Part shown: in pieces, positions 25,573-34,696 of the stretch
How the letters are laid out: each line of letters begins with the position of its first letter
Numbering within the stretch: position 1 is the first letter of the stretch
Virus record (IMG/VR): IMGVR_UViG_3300048925_000677
Span: 53,569 to 117,568 of that record
DNA from: a virus
Taxonomy: Duplodnaviria > Heunggongvirae > Uroviricota > Caudoviricetes
Direction: 5' to 3' (one strand)
Length of the DNA: 64,000 bases
Program-made: the position numbers and the translations under genes
The notes under the pieces: model-generated
What the model saw: the letters and a program-made list of their open reading frames with translations, nothing else
The model's database searches: none
Told to the model about the DNA's origin: nothing

Positions 25573-26876
25573 GCCGCGCTTTCCAGGTCGATCTCCTCGG
25601 CGTCGAGGAGTTTGGTTTCGTGGAGCAGGAACGCCGGCGCCTTGGCCTTGAGGATCGTCGGGACAACGCCGTCCTGGCGGATGCAGATACCCTCGTCGAC
25701 AGTCTTCTTGTCCGACAGTGGAACTGGGGACTCGACGAAAATGGGGCCATGGGTCTGCATCTCTGCGTATCGCTTGTCCATGTACAAATTGACCATGGCC
25801 TCGACGTCGAGGCTGTTGCCAGCCGGATGCGGATGAACACCCGGGACTCGGGACAACTCTGGCGCCCACTTGAGACCCCGGGCCGTGCAGAATTCCTTCA
25901 CGCCGTCCCATGACAGGTCGGCCAAAGTGCCCTGCGCGTTGATGGTGGCCACCCGGTAGACGTACAACTCCGCCGAGCCCTTGGGCTGGTCATAGGTGTA
26001 GCCCTTCTGGATCGGCCCGCCGTCCGGGGTCCAGCCGATCAGCTCCCCGTAAACGATGTAGCCGTCCGGAATGAGGTCTGCGATCTTGCGGCCGTATTCC
26101 GTCCAGATGTCGGTGGCGTAGTAGTGCGCCTGGCGGGGGTTGTTGACGTCCTTGATCACCTTGCGGCTGCCGAAGACCGCGTCGTAGACGTGATCGGCCG
26201 TCGGGAACCAGCGGTTCAGGAACTTCTCGACGCGGCCCTTCTCGCGCAGGCAAGGCACCCGGCCGACGCGGATTGACGTCCCGTGCAGCTTCTGGGTGAC
26301 GATGGCCTCGCGGGTATCGGCGAGTAGATGCTTGTTGCGCCAGTAGTTGTCGGTCGAGATGTGCTCGGGGAACTGCTTGGTGGTGACCCGCTTGAACGCC
26401 TTCTCCAGCTTGTTCGCCGGCGAGTTCGGGTTGCCCTTGATCGGCAGCTCGTACTTGCGGCAGATCTCGTGCCCGTTGACGGTGTCGAAGGTGTCGCCCT
26501 CACGGAGGGTCGCCGGATCGATTCCGGTGAAAGCCAGCGATTCCAGCGGCATCAGCAGCGCGTCGGAGCGGTGGCCGCGGAGCTTGATCGCGCGGATGCG
26601 GCGGTTCTTCTCCAGGTAGCCGGCCTCGGTCTTGTCGGCGTTCAGCTCCGAGTCGCGGTACAGGTTGTTCTGCGACGTGAACGCTTCGGACAGTTGGGTT
26701 TCCGCGGTGAAGGCGACCTTGAGATCTCCGACCGCTACTCCGTCGCGCTGGGTCAAGGACTGGTGCCCGAGGATCGGGACGCCGACGAGGTTGTCGAGGC
26801 CGTTCAGGTCGACAGTCACTGGGACCTTCACGATCTGGGCGGCATAGTTGGCGTTCTTGGGTGCGTCAAAAGTCAT
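25569..26876 (-). CDS. ATP-dependent RNA ligase (Rnl2-like nucleotidyltransferase)
   Basis: 435 aa; motif I QKLHGTS (compare T4 Rnl2 KIHGTN), YGELIGW, ILKAKAP (motif V). Confidence 0.6.
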   Translation of the reverse strand: MTFDAPKNANYAAQIVKVPVTVDLNGLDNLVGVPILGHQSLTQRDGVAVGDLKVAFTAETQLSEAFTSQNNLYRDSELNADKTEAGYLEKNRRIRAIKLRGHRSDALLMPLESLAFTGIDPATLREGDTFDTVNGHEICRKYELPIKGNPNSPANKLEKAFKRVTTKQFPEHISTDNYWRNKHLLADTREAIVTQKLHGTSIRVGRVPCLREKGRVEKFLNRWFPTADHVYDAVFGSRKVIKDVNNPRQAHYYATDIWTEYGRKIADLIPDGYIVYGELIGWTPDGGPIQKGYTYDQPKGSAELYVYRVATINAQGTLADLSWDGVKEFCTARGLKWAPELSRVPGVHPHPAGNSLDVEAMVNLYMDKRYAEMQTHGPIFVESPVPLSDKKTVDEGICIRQDGVVPTILKAKAPAFLLHETKLLDAEEIDLESAA

Positions 26877-26879
26877 GCG

Positions 26880-27077
26880 CTACGTCCTCATTGATTCACG
26901 GATGGTGACGCCGTGGCGTCCCGCCCAGTCGCGGATGTTGTCAATGGCCGTTTCCAGCTCCATGTAGGCGTCGTCCAAGGTGACCTGGTAGTCCAGGCGT
27001 TCGATGTATCCCTTGGCTGTGTTGATATGGCCTATGGCCTGCCGAAGGGACACCTCAACGACGTCGGAGTTGCTCAT
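26880..27077 (-). CDS. hypothetical protein
   Basis: ORF 26880..27311 trimmed to ATG 27077 (MSNSDVVEVSL..), ATGA-coupled. Confidence 0.4.
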   Translation of the reverse strand: MSNSDVVEVSLRQAIGHINTAKGYIERLDYQVTLDDAYMELETAIDNIRDWAGRHGVTIRESMRT

Positions 27078-27337
27078 GCCAGCTCCAGGTAGTTCGGATC
27101 GGTAATGCCAAGGGCTTTCAGGTCTTCGACGGTCAATTGCCGCTCGTGCCCCGTGGCGAGGTGCTTGTTCCAGTAGTCGGGGTGCTCGTGATAGCCAGCG
27201 CCCTGCTTGCGGATGAGGGTTGAGACCTTGCGATTCACGATGTTGGCGCCGGCGGATTCCCAGCACATGAACTCGCCCTGCCAGCAGGCGGCATTCAGGC
27301 ATTTCGAGCAAACGGTGATAGTTGGGTCATAGATCAT
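27074..27337 (-). CDS. hypothetical protein (zinc-binding?)
   Basis: 87 aa; CSKCLNAACWQGEFMCWE. Confidence 0.45.
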   Translation of the reverse strand: MIYDPTITVCSKCLNAACWQGEFMCWESAGANIVNRKVSTLIRKQGAGYHEHPDYWNKHLATGHERQLTVEDLKALGITDPNYLELA

Positions 27338-27549
27338 TCGTCCTCCAGATCTTCTTGGAGGAGTTCAATAGCCCGAGTGAGCGCGTCCTTACGCGTCGAG
27401 CGCGTCTCGGTGTAGTCAGCACTCTCGCCCAGTGCCGGGTAAAGCACCGTGTAATCGACGTCCCACGAGATATGGGTCGCAACCGGCCTCTGTTCACCTG
27501 CCGCGCGGACATGGGTGAAGTCTTGACTGATTCGCAACGCAGTGATCAC
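27334..27549 (-). CDS. hypothetical protein
   Basis: ORF 27334..27642 trimmed to GTG 27549 (GTGA overlap). Confidence 0.35.
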   Translation of the reverse strand: MITALRISQDFTHVRAAGEQRPVATHISWDVDYTVLYPALGESADYTETRSTRKDALTRAIELLQEDLEDE

Positions 27550-27734
27550 ACACAACCTCCGTATGGGCTCCACATCCCGTGGACGCCTTCGTATCTGGGA
27601 TATCCGCAGCCTTGACAGAGGTGGCCGTACGCCCACACCCACTCGAAATCGGCCCAGGCGAAGCTGCCCAACTCGGCCGATGGATTGATACGCGTGTCGA
27701 TCAGGGTGTCGAGATAGATCGGCGTATCAGCCAA
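27546..27734 (-). CDS. hypothetical protein
   Basis: 62-aa ORF. Confidence 0.35.
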   Translation of the reverse strand: MADTPIYLDTLIDTRINPSAELGSFAWADFEWVWAYGHLCQGCGYPRYEGVHGMWSPYGGCV

Positions 27735-27936
27735 TCGTCAACTCCCACCGCAGCGACGACCCGTCGGAAAAGGTGACAACGGCAAGCTGTCGCCTTATCA
27801 CCTCTTCTTCGATTCCGAAGGTGGCGCCTGGGAAATTCTGCTTCAGCCACTCCTCGGCGGTACCGTGAAACAGCGCATGGTGAAATTCCCCGAGTTGGAG
27901 CTTGGCCTGAAAAGCTTGCTGCTGGCCGAACATCAC
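27727..27936 (-). CDS. hypothetical protein
   Basis: 69-aa ORF. Confidence 0.4.
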   Translation of the reverse strand: MMFGQQQAFQAKLQLGEFHHALFHGTAEEWLKQNFPGATFGIEEEVIRRQLAVVTFSDGSSLRWELTIG

Positions 27937-28400
27937 GCCTTGGCCTGCTCGGCGCCGACAATCACCAGCACGCTCTTGCGCTCCAGCAACGCTCGGATGT
28001 AGTCCTCACCCTCGGGGACCACGACGGCCTGTGCCTTGAGTCGCGCTGCGAGCCACTCGGTCTTGGTATTCAGCCCGGACTTAGTGGCCACCAGATCAGC
28101 GGACGCGGGCAAAGGCAGCAACTGACCCTCGTGGGCCATCTCGTGGACGCCCTTGCGCTCCTTGCCGCCCTCCTTGACGTGCTCGACCAGGATGGTCTTG
28201 GCGCCGGCGAGCGTGCGCATGAAGGTCCGCAACGAGGAGTTCGTTGAGTAGAGGTGCATCACCTTGACGTCGTCGTAGCGCGCCAGGGCGGGTGCGAACC
28301 GGGCGACCGCCTGGGCGATCAGTTCCTCGCGGCGCTGGTTCTCCTCCAGGATGATGCGGTCAGCCTCGTCGTTGTCGACGGCGAACATGGGCTCGGTCAT
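27933..28400 (-). CDS. hypothetical protein
   Basis: ORF 27933..28430 trimmed to ATG 28400 (MTEPMFAVDND..), ATGA-coupled. Confidence 0.45.
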   Translation of the reverse strand: MTEPMFAVDNDEADRIILEENQRREELIAQAVARFAPALARYDDVKVMHLYSTNSSLRTFMRTLAGAKTILVEHVKEGGKERKGVHEMAHEGQLLPLPASADLVATKSGLNTKTEWLAARLKAQAVVVPEGEDYIRALLERKSVLVIVGAEQAKA

Positions 28401-28702
28401 TCGGCCACCGGCTTGTAGACGATGGGCCATGTGGAGAGGTACTCGAACGACTCAGGGGAACTGCATCGACCCGAAGTGAGTCGATGGACGAACCACTGGT
28501 CGTTGACGCCATCGCTCACCTTGACTGCGACATTGCCGTCATCGTCAGCGCGCACCGTCCCAATGGGGTCTGGCGCACGAAGTTCGTTCAAGCAGTCGAT
28601 GAACCCTCGGGCGAGTTCTTCCCAGCCGAGGCCATCCGTCTCGTAGAGGTAATCACCGAGCTTTTCGGCCTCGTCATTGGTCAGCTCGATAGCATCGAAC
28701 AT
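28397..28702 (-). CDS. hypothetical acidic protein
   Basis: ORF 28397..28762 trimmed to ATG 28702 (MFDAIELTNDE..). Confidence 0.4.
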   Translation of the reverse strand: MFDAIELTNDEAEKLGDYLYETDGLGWEELARGFIDCLNELRAPDPIGTVRADDDGNVAVKVSDGVNDQWFVHRLTSGRCSSPESFEYLSTWPIVYKPVAE

Positions 28703-28805
28703 GGTTAATTCACCAATCGTTGAATTTCGGGGGTCGCAGTCCTTCCCAAGAGGGCTGGCCAAAGCGTCTTGGCCCCCCGTGGACCGGCGTCAGCCGGTCG
28801 CCCAG

Positions 28806-29207
28806 CTACACCGCGACGGACCCCCACGGATCTTCAGAATCCGGGGGTTTGTATTGACTGGATGTGCGACTGTCAGGAAACTGTTTAGCGTTACCCTCAG
28901 GAAACTTTTTGGGGCTCAAATGCGTCGGGATTCGAAGCTCGAACACCGCCGCGATCCGGCCCCTCTCGCCCTTGGTTCCGCGCGAGGTTTCCCACAACCA
29001 GCCGGCGGCCTTGAGTTGCTTGACCGCCTTGCTGACGGTGCCATTGCTCATGCGGCATTCCTCGGCGAGTCTGCGATAACCCGGGTGGGCGTTGGACCCG
29101 TCCTTGGAGGCGTAGGTCAGCAAAGTGACCAGCACGCGATACTCCGCGTGGGTGAGCGACGCGTGGCGCAGTAGCTGTAGGTACTTCAGCTTGTTGAACT
29201 GCGCCAC
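28806..29207 (-). CDS. winged-helix DNA-binding protein (replication-initiator/MarR-like)
   Basis: 133 aa; YRVLVTLLTYASKDG..RLAEECRMSNGTVSKAVKQLKAAGWL. Directly upstream of the primase-helicase gene. Confidence 0.55.
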   Translation of the reverse strand: MAQFNKLKYLQLLRHASLTHAEYRVLVTLLTYASKDGSNAHPGYRRLAEECRMSNGTVSKAVKQLKAAGWLWETSRGTKGERGRIAAVFELRIPTHLSPKKFPEGNAKQFPDSRTSSQYKPPDSEDPWGSVAV

Positions 29208-29219
29208 AAGTCACCCCCC

Positions 29220-30584
29220 CTAGAACATGCCCTCGGCCATCGGGGGCGGAGGCTCTTCGAGGCGGCGCTCCATCTCGAACCAGGTCGGATTGCCGAACCG
29301 ATCCTCGACACGCTTGAGCACCCCGCGGGCGACCATCGCGTCGAGCTTGCGCTCAGCCTTCTTCTTCTCGCTGCCGTTGGGACGCTTGCAGTCGTAGATC
29401 CACTGAGCGGCGGTGTCGGCGTCAAGCCCCGCCTGACCGGCGTTGCGCACGAGGACCAACAGATCGATCTTGCGAACCGAGAAGCTGCCGCTATCGGGGT
29501 CGAGAAGAATCTTCCATGGCCCGACCTCGTTGGCCGGCGTCTTGGCATGCCGGAAACGCACCTCCAGGTCGCCAGGCTCGCCGGACAATGTCACGATGGA
29601 CCCGGCGCCGGAGGTGATCCACGTTGATCCGTAGACCTCGGAGACGCTGCCGTTGCTCCCCGCGTCCTGGTTGGGCTTCTTGATGTGGTGCAGTTCGCAG
29701 ATGTTGCAGCCGATAGCCAACAGGCTCTGGCGGGCCCGGTTGTACAGGGCGCCAACCTCATCGGTGGAGAGCCCCACCGCAGCGTCCTTGAGCGAGTCGA
29801 CGTACACCACGCCCGCTCCGACGGCCTCGGCCATCCTTGCGAGCAGGGTGGGGTCGACGGCCATGTCGTTGATCGGCGGCCCCGGGCGAATGAGGAGGCG
29901 ACCCTTGGCGGCGTCCATCTCCTCGGCTGAGAACTGTCGCCGCATCGACCGGCGCAACTGCCGCGGCCGGTCCATCGCCAGGTACAGGATCGGTTTGTCG
30001 ACCTTGGCGACAGGGAGGCCGAGCACCTCGTCCTGGAACCCAAGCTGACCCCGCACAAGCTGGCCGGCCAGGGTGGACTTGCCCAATCCCTGTCCGCCGG
30101 CGAGCAGGAACGCCTCGCCTTCGGCCCAGAGGATCTCGTCGCCCTTGCCCCATAGCTCGACGACGGTGTCGTCAGCCTTGAACAGCCACTCCCCCGCGTC
30201 GACGGGCGGGTACTCGCCGAATGGGCTCGATTCCCGGGGCTCAGTGGTCGCTGGAGCGGTTTTCTCGGGTTCCGAGAGGGTAGACACCCGAGCGGGCTCT
30301 GGAGACTTCTCAGGGACCATTCTCGGGCCTTGCGCATCCGCGAAGGCGAAGCCCGAGTCAATCGTGCCCTCGACCATGTGGATGCCGTCCTCGCCGAGGT
30401 GGCCGTTCGACTCGCACGCGTCGATCAGCTTCTGACGAAGCGTGCCGCGGTCAATATCCAGCCGGCCCAGTTTGATGGCGGCGTTGTTCAGCGCCTCGTT
30501 GCGCGAACCCTTGCTGAGGCTCGCTAGTTCATCGAGTTCCTTGTCCATTGCCGCCTTGACGTAGTTGTCGGACGGCTCGACCAT
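29220..30584 (-). CDS. primase C-terminal (PriCT-like) + RepA/DnaB-like AAA_25 helicase
   Basis: 454 aa; Walker A AGGQGLGKST, Walker B VVYVDSL, RecA-like core. N-terminal helical domain fits PriCT. Confidence 0.65.
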   Translation of the reverse strand: MVEPSDNYVKAAMDKELDELASLSKGSRNEALNNAAIKLGRLDIDRGTLRQKLIDACESNGHLGEDGIHMVEGTIDSGFAFADAQGPRMVPEKSPEPARVSTLSEPEKTAPATTEPRESSPFGEYPPVDAGEWLFKADDTVVELWGKGDEILWAEGEAFLLAGGQGLGKSTLAGQLVRGQLGFQDEVLGLPVAKVDKPILYLAMDRPRQLRRSMRRQFSAEEMDAAKGRLLIRPGPPINDMAVDPTLLARMAEAVGAGVVYVDSLKDAAVGLSTDEVGALYNRARQSLLAIGCNICELHHIKKPNQDAGSNGSVSEVYGSTWITSGAGSIVTLSGEPGDLEVRFRHAKTPANEVGPWKILLDPDSGSFSVRKIDLLVLVRNAGQAGLDADTAAQWIYDCKRPNGSEKKKAERKLDAMVARGVLKRVEDRFGNPTWFEMERRLEEPPPPMAEGMF

Positions 30585-30631
30585 TGGGCCGGTGTACGTC
30601 GGGCGCTCCGGCTCTTTACCCGGGATGTTTT

Positions 30632-30949
30632 CTAGGAACCCCGTGGGAGTTCTCCTAACTGGAAGCGCTCAAAGTGGTCGCGCTTCGTCGGGGCGACGAT
30701 GGAAGACCAGTGGTCGTGTTCGGGAATCCACTGGCGGTGGCAGCGGCGGCACTGGAAGACTGGCCAACCGTTGACCTCGGTCATGCCCGTGGTCGATTTG
30801 CGGAATCGGTGGCCCCAGGCTCGGCACCGTAACGGCCCCTGATCCTTGAGCCACCCCAGGCCGGCGTTCACGCCGAACCAGAAGGCGAAAAAGATAGGCC
30901 ACTGCAACAACTGGACGTTGTCATCTAGCCACTGGTCAGCCTCGGTCAC
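30632..30949 (-). CDS. hypothetical membrane/zinc-finger protein
   Basis: 105 aa; TM segment then CRAWGH..CRRCHRQW. Confidence 0.4.
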   Translation of the reverse strand: MTEADQWLDDNVQLLQWPIFFAFWFGVNAGLGWLKDQGPLRCRAWGHRFRKSTTGMTEVNGWPVFQCRRCHRQWIPEHDHWSSIVAPTKRDHFERFQLGELPRGS

Positions 30950-31140
30950 TGATACCTCGGATCGTTGTAGTGAACGTCTTCACACAGCCACCCCTGGGTG
31001 GTGAAATCCCAGCTAGGAGGCTCCGCGTCGACGGGGTTATAACCCTCCGTCACCGCCTCATTGAGGCAGGGCCCCTGGTTCCCCCAGTAGACCCGGCCGT
31101 CGCACGTGAACTCGTAGCGGTGAAGTTCCTTGACGCCCAA
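30946..31140 (-). CDS. hypothetical protein
   Basis: 64-aa ORF. Confidence 0.4.
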   Translation of the reverse strand: MGVKELHRYEFTCDGRVYWGNQGPCLNEAVTEGYNPVDAEPPSWDFTTQGWLCEDVHYNDPRYQ

Positions 31141-31389
31141 CTAGTTCACCGGCCAGAGTGCGATGACGTCCTCAGCCTCTGGGTAGTCGGGAGCGTCGTC
31201 TGGATGGATCAGTTCGCCAGACCAGGTGGAGTCGGCGATGTACTTGTCGAGGCCGAGGTCAGCAAGGGGTGAATACCCGTTCCCCTCAGCGTCTTTGGCC
31301 ACGATGACCTTCATGTCACCAGCGGCCGGGTCGTTGTCCATCAGCGTCCCGATGGCCGAATACAACTGGCGTGCGGTTAAAGCAGGCAT
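31141..31389 (-). CDS. hypothetical protein
   Basis: ORF 31141..31590 trimmed to ATG 31389 (MPALTARQLY..). Confidence 0.4.
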   Translation of the reverse strand: MPALTARQLYSAIGTLMDNDPAAGDMKVIVAKDAEGNGYSPLADLGLDKYIADSTWSGELIHPDDAPDYPEAEDVIALWPVN

Positions 31390-31459
31390 GGGAACCCCCA
31401 GGGCTCTTGAGATGGGATGAGGATCTTGCCGTTGCCGATACGTACCAGGGCGCCGCGGC

Positions 31460-31792
31460 TCATACCCACACCCTCGTGACCGGAAAAGCGTCGGGCGGGA
31501 TGACGGATTCAGATTCGGCGACCAACTCGAAGCGTTCGCCATACCGTTCGTCGTCGGCGAATCTCGCCCACCGATGATCAACGGTCTCATCCTCGGCGAT
31601 CAACTCGTCCTCGAATAGGCCGCAGTGACTGAGCCACCGATTGATCTCGGCGATGAACTCCGCCCTGTCGATGTGGCCGTAGCCCCAGTACGTTCCACCG
31701 TCTTCGTCCTCGACCATTCCGAATACCACAGGCTTGCCGTCGGAATCGATGTCCTGCGTAACGAAGTGGTGTTCGTAGGTCAATTCGGTCAT
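31460..31792 (-). CDS. hypothetical acidic protein
   Basis: 110-aa ORF. Confidence 0.45.
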   Translation of the reverse strand: MTELTYEHHFVTQDIDSDGKPVVFGMVEDEDGGTYWGYGHIDRAEFIAEINRWLSHCGLFEDELIAEDETVDHRWARFADDERYGERFELVAESESVIPPDAFPVTRVWV

Positions 31793-32139
31793 TTCGAGAT
31801 CTCCGGTTTGTACTCACCCTGGCAGAAGTCACACTTCTTGTGCGCCTGGGCGATTGCCACCTGGGCGTCGAGTTTGTCCTTCTCTGCGAGGCGTTTCTGC
31901 TCCAGCCGCTTCGGCTTCATCTCGTGCGCCTGGTAACGAACGAACGTGAAACCAATTGCTACAGCCAGGCCGACGATGATGAACGCGGCAATCTCCCACG
32001 AGCCGAACATCGGCGGGATGACAGTGTCCGGCGGCTGGCACTGGTCGGCGGTCACCGTGATGGTGCCCTCCCCCGAATCCCTAGAGGAATTGGAGGCGAC
32101 TTCAGCGCAGTCTGGGAAGTTGATGATCAAGCTAGACAT
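31789..32139 (-). CDS. membrane protein
   Basis: ORF trimmed to ATG 32139 (MSSLIINF..). One TM helix; C-terminal KKCDFCQGEYK. ATGA-coupled. Confidence 0.45.
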   Translation of the reverse strand: MSSLIINFPDCAEVASNSSRDSGEGTITVTADQCQPPDTVIPPMFGSWEIAAFIIVGLAVAIGFTFVRYQAHEMKPKRLEQKRLAEKDKLDAQVAIAQAHKKCDFCQGEYKPEISK

Positions 32140-32573
32140 CAGGACGCCCCCTTTTCCATCCACCGGGCTGCGGCCAGGAGGGCTCGGCCCGCCGAAGCGG
32201 CCTCGGCAATGCTGAGCGTGTACTGGTCCTCGCAACGTGGGCCGATCACGATCTCGTCACGCTGAAGGTCGGCCAGTACAAACGGGTAGACATTCCACTG
32301 CAGGCGACCGTCGACGTACTCGCTCGGCTCCGGCAACTCAGTGTCGACGGTTACCGGCTGCTCATCAGAGTCGACCAATTGCAGCGCGACACAGCCGCCC
32401 TCGTCATACCCGATCCGGCCGATGTGGAACGGGTCGATCTCGGAGTCGACCATCAAGTGGTAGTCGCGCGGGTAGGCCTCGATGGAGCCGAGTTCGGTCA
32501 GGATCTCCTCGAAGAGTTCCGTCACGCGAGCGAACACCTTCAGCTCGTCCTTGGTGAGGCTATAGATCGCCAT
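32139..32573 (-). CDS. hypothetical protein
   Basis: ORF 32139..32669 trimmed to ATG 32573 (MAIYSLTKDELKVF..). Confidence 0.45.
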   Translation of the reverse strand: MAIYSLTKDELKVFARVTELFEEILTELGSIEAYPRDYHLMVDSEIDPFHIGRIGYDEGGCVALQLVDSDEQPVTVDTELPEPSEYVDGRLQWNVYPFVLADLQRDEIVIGPRCEDQYTLSIAEAASAGRALLAAARWMEKGAS

Positions 32574-32802
32574 CGAAATCCTCTTGATACTTCTTGCGCG
32601 CCCACCGATCCACCGAGGCGTTATGCCTCTCGCAGATCCACGGTTCGTGCAGCGGTGAATGGTTGACACGCTCGCTCCAGAAGCCGAACGTCATCGGGAA
32701 CCATGCGTGGGCCACGTCGTCGATCAGGCACCACGGCGAGAAAGGCTTGCAAGCGAACAGCGTCCACAGCGGCCAGGGAAGGCCGAGCAGCCAGTTCCTC
32801 AT
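32560..32802 (-). CDS. membrane protein
   Basis: 80 aa; Trp-rich hydrophobic N-terminus. Confidence 0.4.
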   Translation of the reverse strand: MRNWLLGLPWPLWTLFACKPFSPWCLIDDVAHAWFPMTFGFWSERVNHSPLHEPWICERHNASVDRWARKKYQEDFDGDL

Positions 32803-32808
32803 CGCGCC

Positions 32809-33048
32809 TCAGTCATCGAGGCCCAGGGCGGCCTCGGCCTCGTCGTAGACCTCTTCCATCCGGTCGATGAACGCGCGCAGGGCCGGCTCGTTGCCATCCT
32901 CCAGGGTGAACTGCTTCTCGTCGCTGCAGACGTAGAAGGCCGCAGCGAACAGAATCAGCTCCTCCACCGGCGTGGTCATCATCTCGGCGACTGCTTCTTT
33001 GACGTTCACTGTGCTCCCATGATTTTGGGCGAAGGCCGAACGACCCAC
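32809..33048 (-). CDS. hypothetical protein
   Basis: 79-aa ORF. Confidence 0.4.
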   Translation of the reverse strand: MGRSAFAQNHGSTVNVKEAVAEMMTTPVEELILFAAAFYVCSDEKQFTLEDGNEPALRAFIDRMEEVYDEAEAALGLDD

Positions 33049-33668
33049 GCATATCTCTTGAAATCGATCTGCGACGGGGCGCCGACCACATATCCGCCTT
33101 CGCCGCGGTAGTCGATGCCCTTGCGGACATTGGCGCGGTTACCGTTGCCGGTCTTCTCGACGTAGATGTGGAAACCCCTTGGAGTGGACACCTTCCCATG
33201 AACCTCGGGGATGACGTCGTCGCCCAACTCCCGCAGCGACGCGATGCCATCGGGCCCGTCGATGTCGATGACATCGAAGTTGATCCCGGTGGGCAGGCCG
33301 ATGTTGTACTCCGGATTCTGCGTCCACCACGCCCGAACCTGGTCGACATCCGTCGTGGCGTCGTGCAGGCCGTTTCCGCCGTCGCGCTTGCTGATCGCCG
33401 GCTGCTTCGAGTTCGGGTACAGCGGGAACACCGGCCAGCCGCGTTTGGCGTACCAAAGGGCCGAGGAGCCTAGAGAAGCCACCTTCGGCTGATTCACTAG
33501 CTTCTCCAGGCGGTCGGCCTCTGCATGATCTTCGCGGATGATCGCGTCGACGAACGCACGTGATAGCAGCTCGGCGTCCGTCTGTGGGCAGGTCGGGTGG
33601 GACTCCTGACCCACGTATGTAACCTGCAGGGGCTCTTTGCATTGCGCGCAGGTGGTGTAGGTCAGCAA
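33006..33668 (-). CDS. bifunctional DNA primase/polymerase (PrimPol N-terminal domain) with zinc ribbon
   Basis: 220 aa; CAQCKEP..CPQ; ALWYAKRGWPVFPL..NIGLPTGINFDVIDIDG Prim-Pol signature. Confidence 0.7.
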   Translation of the reverse strand: MLTYTTCAQCKEPLQVTYVGQESHPTCPQTDAELLSRAFVDAIIREDHAEADRLEKLVNQPKVASLGSSALWYAKRGWPVFPLYPNSKQPAISKRDGGNGLHDATTDVDQVRAWWTQNPEYNIGLPTGINFDVIDIDGPDGIASLRELGDDVIPEVHGKVSTPRGFHIYVEKTGNGNRANVRKGIDYRGEGGYVVGAPSQIDFKRYAWVVRPSPKIMGAQ

Positions 33669-33783
33669 ATCGTCTCCTAGATGATGGGTACCGCGAGCAC
33701 GCCGACTACCGCGAGACCGGTCGCGATCACTGAAATGGCAGCGACGGCAAGAATGATCAGCAGGATCGCGAGAGGTGTGCCCC

Positions 33784-34587
33784 TCACCGCAGGTCGTACG
33801 TCTGACGCTCTTCGAGGGTGGCGACCCGGAAGGTCGGCTTGCCGGTCTCGTAGTCCCAGCCCTCGACGATGTGGTCGCCCTCGACCAGCTCGACCGCCGG
33901 CGTACCCAGCGCGCTGAACGGGGGCAGACCGATGGATTCGTCGCCGACGAGGATCTCGCCGCCGAGCTTCTTGCCGATCTCGGCGCCGATGTCGCGGACG
34001 TTGTCCTTGGTCAGCTTGACCGACTTGAATTCGGAGGTCTTCTCGTACTGCGCGCGGAACTGTGACACGGGGGTCTCCTTCTTGGGGACGCTGGGGAGGG
34101 TGGGCTTGCCGTAACTCAGGTTGGCCAGGTGGGCGACGGAATCCCTGACCCACGCGGGCGACGCAACGCCGTAACCACCACCGCCGCCGGCGCCCCAGTT
34201 TGGACCAAGGTCGGCCTTGGCGAAGCTGTTGAAATAATCGTTCAATTGGGAATCGGTTCCCACGGATTTCACTTTCTTGCCGGTGATGATCGTGCGATCA
34301 AGGTCCTGGATGATCACGTCGCACTGCGGCTCTAGTAATGACCGCCAGCCCGGGCCGTCGGCGAAAGGCTTGTACTCCCTGAGGAGTTCGTCCGATACCG
34401 GCTGGAGCGACTGGACCTTCTGATAGTCGCGGATGAGAACGTGGCCGTTGACGACGACCTTGGCAGGCTCCGTGACGTCCGTCGGGATCGTCACGGAGCC
34501 AACGCCAGGGGTCGTGGGCTCGACGCTCAGTGGAACCAAACCCGGTGGATGCTGTCCCCCTTGCGAATTCCGCCGTAGAACACCCAA
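33784..34587 (-). CDS. hypothetical protein (267 aa; Gly-rich loop)
   Basis: Long ORF between the PrimPol and SSB-like genes; GAGGGGGYG loop. Possible recombination function (inference only). Confidence 0.45.
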   Translation of the reverse strand: MGVLRRNSQGGQHPPGLVPLSVEPTTPGVGSVTIPTDVTEPAKVVVNGHVLIRDYQKVQSLQPVSDELLREYKPFADGPGWRSLLEPQCDVIIQDLDRTIITGKKVKSVGTDSQLNDYFNSFAKADLGPNWGAGGGGGYGVASPAWVRDSVAHLANLSYGKPTLPSVPKKETPVSQFRAQYEKTSEFKSVKLTKDNVRDIGAEIGKKLGGEILVGDESIGLPPFSALGTPAVELVEGDHIVEGWDYETGKPTFRVATLEERQTYDLR

Positions 34588-34696
34588 CCGAAAAGTCGAA
34601 ACCCGAAGTTGCGCTCGCGGTTTCGCTTGCGGATGACGCCGACCAGGTGTCGGGCCTGCTCAGGGGTTATGAGGTAATCACTCACGCGGTCGACGG